64,000 nt of DNA from Candidatus Obscuribacteraceae bacterium (GCA_044226015.1 JBGAHS010000004.1:576001-640000); one strand, 5' to 3'. Positions 39,690-50,028 are shown, counted from the stretch's first letter. A program made the numbers and translations. The notes: generated by a model from the sequence alone, not told the origin.

Positions 39690-42173
39690 CTATTTTTTGC
39701 CAGGGTAGTCAGTTTGTCCGGCCGGTCCAATGTAAGCGAATCCTTTCATGTTCATTAATCGAGGTCCTGCCAGGTTTGGGTTCTCTCTGATGGCGTTCAG
39801 CAGTTTTGTTCCGTCAATTGAGCCAAGCCCTGTTGTTGCGTCCCAGCCCGGGGTAGCTTTGTATCCGCTGTTGTCACCGACAGAGATATCGTTAAAGATA
39901 CCGGAATTTGCTCTCTCATAGAGCCAAGGGTTCAATGGTTTACCGAATGGTTTATCCAGCGCACCGTTCACCCGTAACATCAGTGCGGAATACAAAGGAG
40001 ACACGGCGCTGGTGCCACCAGTTAGTGTCTCAGAGCCGGCAACTCTTATTCTATATCCCGTTACTGGGTCTGCATTGCCGGCTACGTCGGGAACTCCACG
40101 TCCAGCTTCGCCAGTTTGCGCATGTCTTGGAACTCCCACCTTAGCCTGGAAGTCTTGCGGAGGGAATACCTGGCTTATGCCACCACCGCCTGCATCGTTG
40201 GCTCTGTTATTGTTCCATACAACTTCGGCTGAGCGCTTTCCACTTCCGTCAACAGTTAATCTTGTGCCACCAGCACCGGTGACCATTGGATCTGAAGCCG
40301 GATAGTCAACAAGAAATCGGTTTCCCGATGCATTGTCGCGAGCACCATCATCACCTGATGCTGCAAAAACAGAGATACCCTTTAGCATTGCTTTCTTAAA
40401 TGCCTGGCTCATGCCGTCGATTGCTTGTTTCGTCCAGCCCTCTTCGTTCATGCCCCAGCTAATGCTGATTGCCGAGTTTTGTGTTTCACCTGCTTCCGGA
40501 AAGGTCGCTCGCAAGATTGCGTCGGTGAATCCTTTTTCGCTGTTCGGAGCAAAAATCATGTGCTGTTGAGCTTCAGGCGCGACTGTTCCAATAACCTGCG
40601 AATCGAGCATTACCTCGCCATCCGCTGCTTGCCCTGGGCTATTTTTTGCTCCGCCCACTTCGATGACTTTTACTTTTGGTTCGGGAAGACCGTGTTGTTG
40701 ATAATATTTTGCGTTGTCTACAGCATCAAATCCGCCACCAAGCTGGATGATGCCGACCGCTTGTCCTTTTCCCATTGATTCTTTCGGGAAGTTGTATGCA
40801 TCTGCAACTTCATTTGGCATAAAGCCACGCCTGGCATTAGGCTCGGTTTGTCCACCCGATGGAGGAGTTTCGGGAGGAGGTGCTTCCGGAGGAAGCGGTG
40901 CGTTCTCGGGTGGATTTGGCCCAGCAAATTTCTTCGGTGCTTCACCGGCTTTGGCTGCTTCGGCAGCTGCCGCTGGAGAGTGTGCATCAGCATATTTTAT
41001 GTAGGACCTTGCAGCAGGTCTGTCGTCCATTCCAAGAATGCTGACCAGGTGCGGATTAAGCTCTCTTGGAACATTCAGGCTGCCTTCTCTTCCTGTGAAG
41101 GCTTGACCTGAGTGCGATTCATATGCGGCCAGTCTTGTTTGAAACGCGTCAGATAACTGACCTGCCGTTCCTTTTATAACAACTCGACCAGAAGTCAAAT
41201 TTGCTTCACCAACACTGAGCCCATGTTCGCTGGCGAATTTAGTTATTGCTGCTAACGACTCCTTCGAAGCTCCGAACTGGTCAAGCATCTGAGCATCGGT
41301 AAGTGGTTGTTGCCGTCCTTGCGCGATGCGCTCGAGTGTGCGATTCATCCTCAGGTCAGTGCCTTTGGATTTGAGAATTACAGACAACTCCATTGGCTTC
41401 GTTGGGTCAACGTCACCTTTTAGAAATCCTTGCGGCGCTGCCCTTTCGGAAGCAGCAAACTGCATGCGCGGTTCAATGTTTCCAGCCACCTGAGGGGTCG
41501 CAATGGTGTCGGCACCTGGTGCTCTCTTCGTAAAACCAACTGCGTCCGTGAGCGATCTTGCACCGCTGCCCAATTTATCGTAAAAGTTCGCTTTTGCATC
41601 GGCAAATCCATCCATTCGTTGGGAGCTGAGCACACGTCCTGTGTAGTGAGCTCCAATCTTGTACCCGGTAGCTGCAATCGCAGTGTCTACGAGAAACTGT
41701 CCGCCGGCATAACCAATCTGGGTTGATGCTGAATTCAGCTCACCCATTGTGGTTGCGGAACCTGCCTTTTTGTATCCGTCAAAAATTGGCTCGGCTGCTT
41801 GGTATGTGAAGTAGACACCAATTGCTGCACCAGCGAGTTTACCTGCTAAGCCTCCCTCAGGAAGCAATGTCTTCAAGGCAACTGCTGTAGCTGCGCCCAT
41901 GCCGAGTGTTTCCGCTAACTGCAGCGGATTTTGCAAATTGTGTTGTGCTGCCAAAAACATACCTTCTGGCACTTTTGAAAGTCCGTTCAGAGTGACAGAG
42001 GTGTATTTGTTTATTTGATTTTCTGGTGCTTTGTTGAAGCTGAGCAGGTCTCCGCCGTTACTCGCAGCTCCCATCATTTGTTCTTTGGCTAGCCTGTTTA
42101 TGAGCGCCTCGTGTCCATCGTGCTGCTCGTGGGTGTCCTGTCTTCGAGCGGAATCGTTTGGTATCTCTGCCAT
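39690..42173 (-). CDS. S53 (sedolisin/kumamolisin) peptidase with prodomain and an N-terminal Gly/Ala-rich hydrophobic module
   Basis: GEVMLD (Glu/Asp), AASGDDG, GGTSAVSP (Ser), GWDATTGLG; ATG 42173 with RBS AGGGAG. Confidence 0.92.
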   Translation of the reverse strand: MAEIPNDSARRQDTHEQHDGHEALINRLAKEQMMGAASNGGDLLSFNKAPENQINKYTSVTLNGLSKVPEGMFLAAQHNLQNPLQLAETLGMGAATAVALKTLLPEGGLAGKLAGAAIGVYFTYQAAEPIFDGYKKAGSATTMGELNSASTQIGYAGGQFLVDTAIAATGYKIGAHYTGRVLSSQRMDGFADAKANFYDKLGSGARSLTDAVGFTKRAPGADTIATPQVAGNIEPRMQFAASERAAPQGFLKGDVDPTKPMELSVILKSKGTDLRMNRTLERIAQGRQQPLTDAQMLDQFGASKESLAAITKFASEHGLSVGEANLTSGRVVIKGTAGQLSDAFQTRLAAYESHSGQAFTGREGSLNVPRELNPHLVSILGMDDRPAARSYIKYADAHSPAAAAEAAKAGEAPKKFAGPNPPENAPLPPEAPPPETPPSGGQTEPNARRGFMPNEVADAYNFPKESMGKGQAVGIIQLGGGFDAVDNAKYYQQHGLPEPKVKVIEVGGAKNSPGQAADGEVMLDSQVIGTVAPEAQQHMIFAPNSEKGFTDAILRATFPEAGETQNSAISISWGMNEEGWTKQAIDGMSQAFKKAMLKGISVFAASGDDGARDNASGNRFLVDYPASDPMVTGAGGTRLTVDGSGKRSAEVVWNNNRANDAGGGGISQVFPPQDFQAKVGVPRHAQTGEAGRGVPDVAGNADPVTGYRIRVAGSETLTGGTSAVSPLYSALMLRVNGALDKPFGKPLNPWLYERANSGIFNDISVGDNSGYKATPGWDATTGLGSIDGTKLLNAIRENPNLAGPRLMNMKGFAYIGPAGQTDYPGKK

Positions 42174-42534
42174 CAAGTGCTCCCTGTTTTCCAAGCCGCA
42201 AGCAAGCCACCGCACGAAAATGCGGAGCTCAAACCAAAATCTGGACAAATTTTTCAACCCTGAGTCCGACTTTAAATTAGGAACCCAATGCTGTCCATGC
42301 GGGTATTCCCAAGCAATTAGAGAAAAACACTTTTCTGATCAGCAATTAATCAAAAACCCGCTGATGCAACAATTTCGGGCGCCAGAACTATGAGAATAAA
42401 TGAGTTTTTCTTTAGCAAAATGTGGGGCTGAAGTTCTTTTAAAATCTGCAATTGCTCAATCAGGTGGAAAATTGTGCACTGTATATGGTGGCGGCTCTTA
42501 TTGTTGAATCCGATGTATGAGGGCTCCTGCTGTT

Positions 42535-42732
42535 GGTTAGGGTGCTGTTTGCGCGTGGATGACGGGTTGTTGTTGTTGTTGTTGTTGCGTGTGTGGAATT
42601 GCTTAGCCTGGCGGATCCATATATTAGTTAGGGTGCTGATTGTGCGCGGATGGCGGATTGTTGTTGTTGTTGCGTGTGTGGAATTGCTTAGCCTGAAGGA
42701 TCCTTTTGTTGGTTAGGGTGCGCGGATGACGG
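42535..42732. repeat. GT-rich tandem repeat (91/85-bp unit, ~2.3 copies) containing a (GTT)n microsatellite
   Basis: GTTAGGGTG recurs at 42536, 42627 and 42712; GCGTGTGTGGAATTGCTTAGCCTG occurs twice; the GTT tract is two triplets shorter in copy 2. Confidence 0.85.
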
Positions 42733-42821
42733 CCACTGATGCTAAAAATTTGTTTTCGGGCCGGTCTAATTTTTGGATGTCAATCGTCAACAAGAAGTCG
42801 CTGGTAGGAAGGTATCCCGAA

Positions 42822-43559
42822 ATGTACGAACTAAAACACCACGGAAATGAACGTTCAACGGAATCGGCTGATAAGCCTCAAAATGCTGCTCTCGAATCGA
42901 TGCAAGGAAAAGAGAGCCTGGTTCACAGACAGCGTCAAGAAAGCGAGCAGCTTCGCAATGGTGGACATAGCAACATTACTAATGAGTTTGGAAAACCGCA
43001 GTTGATTGGCGCTGCTGACAGTCCGGCGCAAGGTAATTGTTCTGGCTCTGGGGAATCAATTGAGAAACAGAAACATAGAGCCGACGTGAACAAGCATGAG
43101 GCGATGGGAGAAAATGCAAATCGACCTGCCGAGCCTGTGACTGATGAGAAGAATAAGGCAGCTGCTGATCTTCAGAAGCAGCAAGCAATGGAGAATTCGG
43201 CTGGAAATTCAGCTGTCCATGGCAATTCCAGACCAGAGGGCACTGGTTCGATTGCTATGGACCAGGATGAACAAAAGCCGCACAATGGGGTAATTCAGGT
43301 TTTGCGAAATCCAAATGCAGAGCCTCTCAGAACGAATGACCATATGACGCCACTTGGAGCGCCCACGAGACCGCAATGGTCTTGGGATAGTGGAGACCCC
43401 GATGCTGTGCCTCCCGATTATGTTCAGCCGGGTGGAAACAGAGCTGTGCCAGAGCCACTTTGGCCGGAGTCAGATACTCTTCGTGAATCAACGGATGCCT
43501 GGAGAGCCCAGCATCCTGAACCGACAAACACTCATCACAGACGCAATCGATTCCTATAA
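42822..43559 (+). CDS. Hypothetical hydrophilic, low-complexity protein
   Basis: ORF 42726..43559; ATG 42822 follows AGGAAGGT. Confidence 0.65.
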   Translation: MYELKHHGNERSTESADKPQNAALESMQGKESLVHRQRQESEQLRNGGHSNITNEFGKPQLIGAADSPAQGNCSGSGESIEKQKHRADVNKHEAMGENANRPAEPVTDEKNKAAADLQKQQAMENSAGNSAVHGNSRPEGTGSIAMDQDEQKPHNGVIQVLRNPNAEPLRTNDHMTPLGAPTRPQWSWDSGDPDAVPPDYVQPGGNRAVPEPLWPESDTLRESTDAWRAQHPEPTNTHHRRNRFL

Positions 43560-43620
43560 TCGCGCAATAAATAGAATTGCACAATAAAAACCGTGTCGAA
43601 ACAAATTCGTTTTCTATGAA

Positions 43621-44868
43621 CTAGGATACGGCTGCGCTTTGTTCTTTTGCGGCATTACTTTTGTTTTCGTCTGAAGCTGAGCCATCAATTGCTTTTGATG
43701 TGTGAACCACGTAGCTTCTGCCTTTCCAGCTGACCTTGTTGCCGCTATGAACAAGAAAAGCGGAATGCAAATAGAGCATTGAAACGGCTATGCTTCCGAT
43801 TGGAAGTAAGAAGAAATGCCGCCAGTCCACACCGATGTAGTGTTCTGAGCAGCGTCTATACCATGCTACGAGTAAGGCAAACTGACAGGCAGTAAAGGAA
43901 GCTAGAGTCAGTAATGTCTGAACTGATTCGCCTGCGCAAAGCTTTTCTAGCAGAATGGCGGTGGAGACGAAAGGCGCAAGAATAGCTATGTTTAGCAAGA
44001 CGAGAACAGTAAGCAAGTAACTTACGTTGCAATCAATAAGAGCGTAGAGATTTTTTGTCCAGCCGTGCCACAACGAAACAAGATCAGTGTACATTCGAAC
44101 TTTATACAGTAATCTTCCGTCTGCTGAAGTGATGTGGTAACCGTGTTTCTTAGTTACTCTTGCCAGGCTGATGTCATCGAGAATCTGGTCGTGAACGCTT
44201 TCGTGTCCACCTACATGTTCGTAGACATCGCGGCGGACAAGTATGTATTGTCCGTAAGCGTATGCTCGTTCGTTTGTGTGTTCGTTTATTGTGTTGAGTG
44301 GATCTCCGCACAAAAACGAACCAAGCAGAACTGGCATCACAGCTTGTTCCCAGAAGCTGTAAAGTTCTTGAACCGGCATGAAGGATATCAACTCAGCTTT
44401 ATTATCGACTGCGTAGGACATTGAATAGCGCAGTGAATTCGGCGTATGGCAGGTGTCTGCGTCAGTGAAAAGGAACCAATTCGATTGCGGAGATGCGTGC
44501 TTAACTGCTTGTACCAGGGCGCTGCACTTTCCTAGCCATCCAGGAGGTGCTTCCTTCCCTTGAATGCATTTCACACGTGGATGTTTTTCCGAAATTGATT
44601 CAATGATTTCGCCTGTTGCATCCGTCGAACGATCATTAACTGCGATTACCTCATAGTTGGGGTAATCTTGCAACGCTAATGATTCCAGGCAGCGTCGAAT
44701 TTTACCTTCTTCGTTTCGGGCTGGAACTATCACAGTAACAAAAGGCAGATCATTGGCTGGCAGAGAACGAGCTGGCAGTCTTCTGAAGTAATGGAAAAAA
44801 AGGAAGGTGAGGCCGGCGAGTACTGCCGACAAAAATGTCTCTAAAATAAAGAAGGAAATTAGCGACAT
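43621..44868 (-). CDS. Membrane glycosyltransferase family 2 (HpnB/CruC-like lipid glycosyltransferase)
   Basis: IVPARNEE, NDRSTD, GWLGK, FTDAD, ILDD..LAR, W.GW.KN, C-terminal WKGR.Y. Confidence 0.9.
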   Translation of the reverse strand: MSLISFFILETFLSAVLAGLTFLFFHYFRRLPARSLPANDLPFVTVIVPARNEEGKIRRCLESLALQDYPNYEVIAVNDRSTDATGEIIESISEKHPRVKCIQGKEAPPGWLGKCSALVQAVKHASPQSNWFLFTDADTCHTPNSLRYSMSYAVDNKAELISFMPVQELYSFWEQAVMPVLLGSFLCGDPLNTINEHTNERAYAYGQYILVRRDVYEHVGGHESVHDQILDDISLARVTKKHGYHITSADGRLLYKVRMYTDLVSLWHGWTKNLYALIDCNVSYLLTVLVLLNIAILAPFVSTAILLEKLCAGESVQTLLTLASFTACQFALLVAWYRRCSEHYIGVDWRHFFLLPIGSIAVSMLYLHSAFLVHSGNKVSWKGRSYVVHTSKAIDGSASDENKSNAAKEQSAAVS

Positions 44869-45046
44869 GCCTTCATTTCTCTATAGCTTTCCAGCTTATA
44901 TCGTCGCATACATCAGCGGATTGCGCCCGAGAATGTCCTTATGGATCCAAAGGATGGAGGCTATTGCAGGGTTTTGCGGAAGCTTAAACGTGTATCAGCA
45001 AGTATTGTCCAGACGGCAAAATATTAAAAGCATGGCTGAGATATGT

Positions 45047-45544
45047 TTATTGTATGCTTCCCGCTTGAAAAGATTTGCTGGATAGTAAAACGATCGCTTG
45101 TGCGGCGACGGCTTCGTTTCTTCCAATTTCACCGAGTTTTTCATTAGTCTTTGCTTTTACGCTGACTTGGTTAAGCTCAAGGTGAAGCGCTTCGGCAAGT
45201 CTTTTGCGCATTGAATCATAATGAGGAGATAATTTCGGTCTTTCGCAAATTATGTTTGAATCAATGTTTTCGATTCTGTATCCCTTTTCTGAGACTGCAT
45301 CGAAGACCTTCTTTAGCAATTCAATACTGTCAGCGTTTTTGAATGCAGCGTCAGCAGGTGGAAACCAAATTCCGATATCTCCCATGCAGGCGGCACCCAG
45401 GAGGGCGTCAGCGATTGCATGGGAGAGTGCATCACCATCTGAGTGACCTTCAGGTCCCCATTCAGATTCTATCGTGATACCGCCCATGATGAATGGGCGT
45501 CCTTTCACCAGGCGATGCAGGTCGTAACCGATGCCAATTCTCAC
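45047..45544 (-). CDS. ispF: 2-C-methyl-D-erythritol 2,4-cyclodiphosphate synthase
   Basis: RIGIGYDLH, GHSDGD..HA..DALLGA, VSVKAKTNEKLG. Confidence 0.97.
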   Translation of the reverse strand: MRIGIGYDLHRLVKGRPFIMGGITIESEWGPEGHSDGDALSHAIADALLGAACMGDIGIWFPPADAAFKNADSIELLKKVFDAVSEKGYRIENIDSNIICERPKLSPHYDSMRKRLAEALHLELNQVSVKAKTNEKLGEIGRNEAVAAQAIVLLSSKSFQAGSIQ

Positions 45545-47364
45545 TATTTGAGAACCAGCAAGAGTTGGTCAGATACTACTGTTTCACCGAGTTTAACTTT
45601 GAGGCTTTCAACCTTCCCTGGTCGATCTGAGAGGATTTCAGATTCCATCTTCATCGCTTCGAGAATCATCAACTTTTGCCCTTGATCGACTGCGTCTCCT
45701 TCATTTACCAGGAGTTGTTTCACAAGTCCGTGCATTGATGAGCGCACTTCACCTTCGACGCATTTAGCAGCGCCCAGGGTTGCTACTTCGCCGGTTCTCT
45801 TGCGTTCAGGTGCCTTAGCCTTTGGCGCTGCAGCTGACGCTTTAGCGGACACAACTTGTTGCACGGCTGTACCTTCTGGCACCAATTCTGATACCGCGAC
45901 TTTGAAGTGACGTTGATTTACCTCAACCTCAAAATTGCGAGGGTTAGTTCGTTCAATTTTGACTTCGCCACTACCATTGGTGTCAGCTTTTGCAGCTGTT
46001 GTTGCGGGAGCTGGAGCTTTCAACCTTGCTTTGAGTTCCTTTTCAACATAAGTCGTATAAACTTCGCCGGCTCGAAATGCATCATCAGCCAGTAGCTGAA
46101 GGTGGAATGGAATGGTTGTGGACAAGCCTTGTATTTTGAACTGTTCAAGAGCAATTCTTGTTCTTGTAATTGCTTCTTCTCTTGTGCGACCCCAGACAAC
46201 CAGTTTCGCTAAAAGTGAATCATAGAAGGGCAATACCTGATAGCCCTTGTAACAAGCGCTGTCTACGCGAACCCAGGGGCCAGTTGGCTCGACATATTCG
46301 GCCACCGTACCTGGTGACGGCATAAAGTTCTTGAATGGATCTTCTGCATTGATTCTGCATTCAATGGCGTGCCCTCTGAAGCTTACGTCAGCCTGAGTAA
46401 AGCTAAGCTTCTCGCCTGCCGCTATTAGAATTTGTTCCTTTACAATATCAACACCTGTTACGGCTTCGGTAATTGGGTGTTCTACTTGCACACGAGTGTT
46501 CATTTCAAGGAAATAATAATCACCGCCTGCGACGAGTCCTTCCACTGTTCCAGCAGATGAATAGCCGATGCTCTTTGCTGCCAGTACTGCGGCGTCAAAT
46601 GCTTTCTGTCGAATTTTGGGATCGAGTTTTGCTGCTGGAGATTCCTCCAACAATTTTTGATGTCTTCTTTGTGAGCTGCAATCACGTTCGCCGAGGTGCA
46701 CTACATTGCCGTGATTGTCTGCGAGAATCTGTACCTCAATATGACGTGGTCGCTCCAGGTATTTCTCAAGGTAGACTTCGCCGTTGCCGAAATAGCTGGC
46801 ACCTTCTCTTTGTGCTCCGGCAAGTGCTTGTTCCAATTCCTGTTCTTTATGCACTACGCGCAGTCCACGTCCGCCGCCGCCGGCGCTAGCTTTGAATGCT
46901 ACCGGATAACCATATTTGTTCGCCAGTGCTTTTGCTACTTCCACTTCTGTTACGGGATCTGTTGTGCCAGGAACTACCGGAACGCCAGCGGCTTCCATGA
47001 TTCGTCGCGACTCAACCTTGCTTCCCATTTTGTGAATGACTTCCGCACTGGGTCCGATGAATACCATGCCTGCATCTGCTATAGCTCGGGCGAAGTCAGC
47101 GTTTTCTGCAAGGAATCCGTAGCCAGGGTGTATGGCTTCTGCGCCGGCTCGTCTAGCTATCTCTACGATTTGTGGAATGTCCAGGTAAACCTTTCCCGGT
47201 TGACCTTCCAGCAGATACGCTTCATCTGCCAGGCTTACGTGTTTTGACAGGCGGTCTGGTTCCGAAAATATGGCGACTGATTTTATTCCTAGCTCATGGC
47301 AAGCTCGGATGACTCTAACGGCGATTTCGCCTCGGTTGCTGATTAGTACTTTCTTGAATGTCAT
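45544..47364 (-). CDS. Acyl-CoA carboxylase alpha subunit: biotin carboxylase fused to a biotin carboxyl carrier domain
   Basis: NRGEIA, HPGYGFLAEN, GGGGRG, ERDCS.QRRHQK, EMNTR.QVEH; C-terminal EAMKM. Confidence 0.94.
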   Translation of the reverse strand: MTFKKVLISNRGEIAVRVIRACHELGIKSVAIFSEPDRLSKHVSLADEAYLLEGQPGKVYLDIPQIVEIARRAGAEAIHPGYGFLAENADFARAIADAGMVFIGPSAEVIHKMGSKVESRRIMEAAGVPVVPGTTDPVTEVEVAKALANKYGYPVAFKASAGGGGRGLRVVHKEQELEQALAGAQREGASYFGNGEVYLEKYLERPRHIEVQILADNHGNVVHLGERDCSSQRRHQKLLEESPAAKLDPKIRQKAFDAAVLAAKSIGYSSAGTVEGLVAGGDYYFLEMNTRVQVEHPITEAVTGVDIVKEQILIAAGEKLSFTQADVSFRGHAIECRINAEDPFKNFMPSPGTVAEYVEPTGPWVRVDSACYKGYQVLPFYDSLLAKLVVWGRTREEAITRTRIALEQFKIQGLSTTIPFHLQLLADDAFRAGEVYTTYVEKELKARLKAPAPATTAAKADTNGSGEVKIERTNPRNFEVEVNQRHFKVAVSELVPEGTAVQQVVSAKASAAAPKAKAPERKRTGEVATLGAAKCVEGEVRSSMHGLVKQLLVNEGDAVDQGQKLMILEAMKMESEILSDRPGKVESLKVKLGETVVSDQLLLVLK

Positions 47365-47539
47365 ATTTGCGCTCTCTTTTCGTTCAACCTGTTTACAGCG
47401 TGAAACGACGCTACGTGCCAGGGTTGCTACCGGGCGTTATTAAAGCTAGCGCAAAAGGATCTAAAAGCTTCTGAAATTAGAAATCTCCTAATAAGTTTTC
47501 ATATTATGATGACCAGAATCTTTGTATGAGGACAGACAA

Positions 47540-48418
47540 GTGAGTTTCAAAAACGTATTTATTCCCGGTGCCGGTTTCATGGGCTCAGCTATCGCTTATC
47601 TCATTGCTTCCAAGACCGATGCCAAAGTGACTTTGTACGATGTGTTTCCAGAGTCTATAAAGAAATCACAGGCGACCGTAGAAAAGTACGTAAAAGGATC
47701 AGTGGACAAAGGGTTTATCAGCGCTGAGAAAGCCGCAGAGGTCAAGAAAAATATTAATTGGACCTCAGAGCTGGAAGGCGCATCTGGAGCGGATCTTGTG
47801 ATTGAAGCTATCGCCGAAGACGTTAAGCTCAAGCAGGATTTGTTTTGCAAGCTCGACGAAATTTGTCCCAAAAACACAGTGTTTGCATCCAATACATCAT
47901 CGTTGCCAATTACATCTCTGGCAGCGGCAACCAAGCGCAGCAGCCAGTTCATCGGTATGCATTTCTTCTCACCAGCTCATGTGATGAAGCTTCTTGAAAT
48001 CATTCCTGGATATGACACAAATGAAGGAACGATTGAGAAGGTCCGCGAGTTTGGTGGGCAACTTGGCAAGACCATCATTGCCTCCAAAGATATGCCTGGC
48101 TTCATTACAACCCGTCTTGGATTGGTTCTTTGTAACGAAGCTGCTTTCGCGCTAATGGAAGGTTTATCGACTGCCGAAGAGATTGATACTGGCATGACTC
48201 TTGGTTTCAACCATCCGATGGGACCGCTTGCGCTGGCAGATTTTATCGGTCTTGATATCTGCTTGCACATTATGGAAGTGCTGCACGAAGGTTTTGGCGA
48301 TCCCAAATATCGTCCATGCCCATTGCTTCGCCAACTTGTGAGTGCGGGACATCTTGGCAGAAAGTCAGGGCAGGGATTCTATAAGTACGAAACAGAGAAG
48401 GCTCTGGTTCACAAATAG
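47540..48418 (+). CDS. hbd: 3-hydroxybutyryl-CoA / 3-hydroxyacyl-CoA dehydrogenase
   Basis: GAGFMG, IEAI.E, ASNTSS, GMHFF, HPMGPL.LAD.IGLD, LGRKSG.GFY. Confidence 0.92.
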   Translation: MSFKNVFIPGAGFMGSAIAYLIASKTDAKVTLYDVFPESIKKSQATVEKYVKGSVDKGFISAEKAAEVKKNINWTSELEGASGADLVIEAIAEDVKLKQDLFCKLDEICPKNTVFASNTSSLPITSLAAATKRSSQFIGMHFFSPAHVMKLLEIIPGYDTNEGTIEKVREFGGQLGKTIIASKDMPGFITTRLGLVLCNEAAFALMEGLSTAEEIDTGMTLGFNHPMGPLALADFIGLDICLHIMEVLHEGFGDPKYRPCPLLRQLVSAGHLGRKSGQGFYKYETEKALVHK

Positions 48419-48598
48419 TGCGCATGTCCTGACAAATCGGCATCTTATAGGATGCAGTTTGCATTTGTTGCGAGTATGATTTGACACGAGCAATGTTGAA
48501 TCAGTACTCTGTTATTGATCTGGTTGCAATGCGGCGGGTCGTTAAAAAATTGTAGGGAAGTCGAAAGACATTGAATTGCCCAAACTAACAGGCGGAAT

Positions 48599-48838
48599 AT
48601 GAATTCAGGAAACACAGGAAAAGGTCCAAGCGTAGCTGAGTTACAGCGAATTATTCGCGACAAGAGACCTGTCGAGATGATTCTGGTAACCGGGCAAAAA
48701 ATCCGCGGGGCTTTGAAATGGTTCGATGAACAAGCTTATTGCATTGTTCTCGATGATGGTGAATCCATAACTCTCTTGCGCAGCGCTGTAATTGGCTATC
48801 GCATCGTTCCTATGCCTGCTGCTAAGCCAGCTCAATAA
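48599..48838 (+). CDS. hfq: Hfq, cyanobacterial-type Sm-like protein
   Basis: TG.GPSV..LQ..I, VEM.L.TG..I.G.LKW.D and L.RSAV.GY match the cyanobacterial Hfq pattern. Confidence 0.78.
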   Translation: MNSGNTGKGPSVAELQRIIRDKRPVEMILVTGQKIRGALKWFDEQAYCIVLDDGESITLLRSAVIGYRIVPMPAAKPAQ

Positions 48839-49002
48839 CAAAGTTAAGTTACTGAAAAATTTGCTTGAAGCAGGGCTTCAAGAGGTTTTTGCACGGTCAT
48901 TTAACTGACAATCATGCTAAACTTAGCCAGGAGACCGGTACTTGCTGCGATCGCATATACGTTCTCTAGCTTTCAGATTTCCGAGAGGAGCTTGGTTTGT
49001 CG

Positions 49003-50028
49003 ATGTTCAAGAAGATGTTCTCCCAGCAGATTGGTATAGATCTCGGAACTGCTAATACTCTTATATATCTAGGAGATAAGGGCATCGTGTTGCGAGAGCC
49101 CTCAGTAATCGCCATCGATGATGAGACGAAGACTCCGTTTCGTGTTGGTGAAGAAGCCAGAGCTATTATCGGAAGAGCGCCAGCTGGAGTGACAACATCG
49201 CGTCCGTTGAAAGATGGTGTTATCGCAGATTTCAAATGTGCGCGAATGATGCTTGAAGAATTTATTCGCCGAGTTACTGGTAGCAAGTCGTTTGTGAAGC
49301 CAGACATTTCGATTGCAGTTCCGTCTGGAGTTACTGGTGTTGAGCGCCGCGCCGTGCGTGAAGCTGCATTCAATGCTGGTGCGGGTCTGATTTACTTGCC
49401 GGAAGAGCCGATGGCAGCCGCCATCGGAGCGGGCTTGCCTGTTGCTGAGCCAACGGGTTTGATGATTGTCGATATTGGAGCTGGAACAACCGAAGTCGCT
49501 GTAATCAGCCTTTGCGGCATTGTCGTTAACGAATCTATTCGTGTTGCTGGTGATGAATTGAATGATGCTATCGTTCAATATCTCAAAAAGGTTCATAGTC
49601 TTGCAATTGGTGAACGCACCGCGGAAGAAATCAAATTCCGCTTAGGTTCGGCTTTCAAGACGCCGGACAACGATAAGTTTGAAGTTAAGGGGTTGAACCT
49701 GATTACAGGTTTGCCGCGAACTGCAATAATCAGCCGCGGAGAAGTTAGAGAAGCTTTGCAGGAACCTCTCAATATAATTGTTGAAGCGATTAAGCGAACA
49801 CTTGAGCGCACACCTCCGGAGTTGGCCGCTGACATTTACAATCGGGGCATTGTTCTTTCTGGTGGAACCGCGCTGTTGCGTGGTCTGGACGAATTGATTG
49901 CAAATGAGACCGAAGTTCCTGTTTTCCTTGCTGAAGATCCGTTATCTTGCGTAGCTGTTGGTTCAGGCAGAATGCTGATGGATCAAACATTCTCACGTGT
50001 CCTCGAACAATCTTTGTACCAGGGTTAA
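49003..50028 (+). CDS. mreB: Rod shape-determining protein MreB
   Basis: IGIDLGTANT, RPLKDGVIADF, EEPMAAAIGAG, DIGAGTTE, GERTAEEIK. Confidence 0.97.
   Translation: MFKKMFSQQIGIDLGTANTLIYLGDKGIVLREPSVIAIDDETKTPFRVGEEARAIIGRAPAGVTTSRPLKDGVIADFKCARMMLEEFIRRVTGSKSFVKPDISIAVPSGVTGVERRAVREAAFNAGAGLIYLPEEPMAAAIGAGLPVAEPTGLMIVDIGAGTTEVAVISLCGIVVNESIRVAGDELNDAIVQYLKKVHSLAIGERTAEEIKFRLGSAFKTPDNDKFEVKGLNLITGLPRTAIISRGEVREALQEPLNIIVEAIKRTLERTPPELAADIYNRGIVLSGGTALLRGLDELIANETEVPVFLAEDPLSCVAVGSGRMLMDQTFSRVLEQSLYQG

Noticed and set aside
42474..42716. 80-aa Leu/Val-rich ORF
   Set aside because: Product of the (GTT)n repeat; no RBS.
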